DNA from: Epiperipatus broadwayi
Lineage: Eukaryota > Animalia > Onychophora
Reading direction: 5' to 3'
Length of the DNA: 64,000 nt
NCBI GenBank assembly: GCA_028023455.1
Contig: JAQFVV010000006.1
Coordinates: 124,001 to 188,000, forward strand
Of the stretch, positions 62,851-64,000 are shown in pieces (the stretch's first letter is position 1; the number at the start of each line of letters is the position of its first letter). Both the position numbers and the translations under genes were made by a program. Below the pieces are notes generated by a model. The model was not told where the DNA came from. It made no database searches and was given only the letters and a program-made list of their open reading frames with translations.

Positions 62851-64000
62851 AAAATAATAATTAAGAAACATTAAAACTATAGGATTCAAGTTGATATACA
62901 ATTTTTTTTATAGATAAATCATACGTGATATACTATAAAATATCTGTATATAACAGCAATAATATATATATATGTATTATAATAATTATGCACATAAAAG
63001 GTCTTTTCGGCAAATATTAATTTTTGCCCTTTTCAATATGCTCGAATTAGTTTACAATTGCATACATAGCGACCTCTATCTGCTTTTTTTTTGAGTTAAA
63101 TCATTTGTTATAAAGCTGTCATCCCACTCGTTCACATACCCATATACATATATTCATAAAAATATTATATTTTCTCTTTCAACTGGAATTTTTTTTTTAC
63201 TATTATAAATGTTTTGTCTGGAACTAGGTGGATAATTTTGGAAATAATTTCATTCTATAATGCTTGTTTATTTCCTTCTAGCCATTCTTTAGTCCAATTA
63301 TTGTGTCCCGATCTTAATATATATATATATTGTATATAAATTGCATATTTTCCTTCCACTATTAAAAACTTCTGCAATATTCTTTACAAAATTATAAAAA
63401 TATCATATTCTCCTTTTGTTCTTTCAACTGGAAAAGTATAATAATTAAAAATTAAAAAGAAAAAAGGAATACAATATGTGAGTAATGTTATAAATAATTA
63501 TGAAGAGTAAAGCTTAAGAAATATTGTGAAAGTTCTTAAAAGAAATAAAAATTTGCAATTGCATATATAAAAACAAAAAGAGCTTTCTGTTTGTGTTTTA
63601 ATCAGACAGTTCTTCAGAAACAATAACAACGAATCACCATATTTCAGAATTTAAGGAAACCAAAACCAGCTCTCCACTCTAGCGCCATCTAGTAGAAGCT
63701 TTTGTAATTAATGACTACCAGATGCATACAAAATCCCTGTAGTATTTAAATACCCATCCTCAAACTGAATTCTGGTTTCTGCCTTTATCAATGAAGTTTG
63801 CAATTCAAAGTTGAGAGAGATGTAAACATGAGTTCGGGAACTGTCTTTAATTTCATGTTAACGATTAAGCTGAAAGTCTGAAATTCAAATTGGTCTAAGA
63901 TTTTGAACTTAAGTCAAACCTGCTTGAACAGTTCCACTGATCTGAACCTACTTCAGTAACTAGATATTGTAGTGTTTGTAAAAATGGCAGACATGTTTGT

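Overview
Very AT-rich eukaryotic DNA, probably from an invertebrate or arthropod (inferred from composition, repeat content and protein divergence; the species cannot be fixed from the sequence). The whole window lies inside one large gene on the minus strand, phosphatidylinositol 4-kinase alpha (PI4KA). I traced 13 consecutive internal GT-AG exons (61728 down to 8206) that join in frame into 487 codons matching the middle of PI4KA. Its start, its kinase domain and its stop were not found and probably lie outside the window. The introns are packed with mobile DNA: a decayed Penelope-like element (RT plus GIY-YIG, with an inverted duplication of its 3' end), a nearly complete but broken RTE-clade LINE, other LINE 3' ends, two related ~2 kb solo LTRs with 4-bp TSDs, TIR elements and tRNA-like SINE remnants. 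The most interesting signal is not visible in the ORF track. Two unrelated families of short non-coding repeats each carry a minimal type I hammerhead ribozyme motif (CUGANGA...GAAA core, very short helix III; about 10 copies in total, with pairing-preserving changes in helix II). They are inserted as tandem and/or head-to-head fold-back units with their 3' ends pointing outward, the same geometry as the Penelope-like element. They look like non-autonomous Penelope-dependent, retrozyme-like elements, and several lie in sense orientation in the PI4KA pre-mRNA. A third fold-back family has the same geometry but no recognisable ribozyme. All of this was read by eye; activity and novelty are untested. 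Most short ORFs in the supplied track are spurious.
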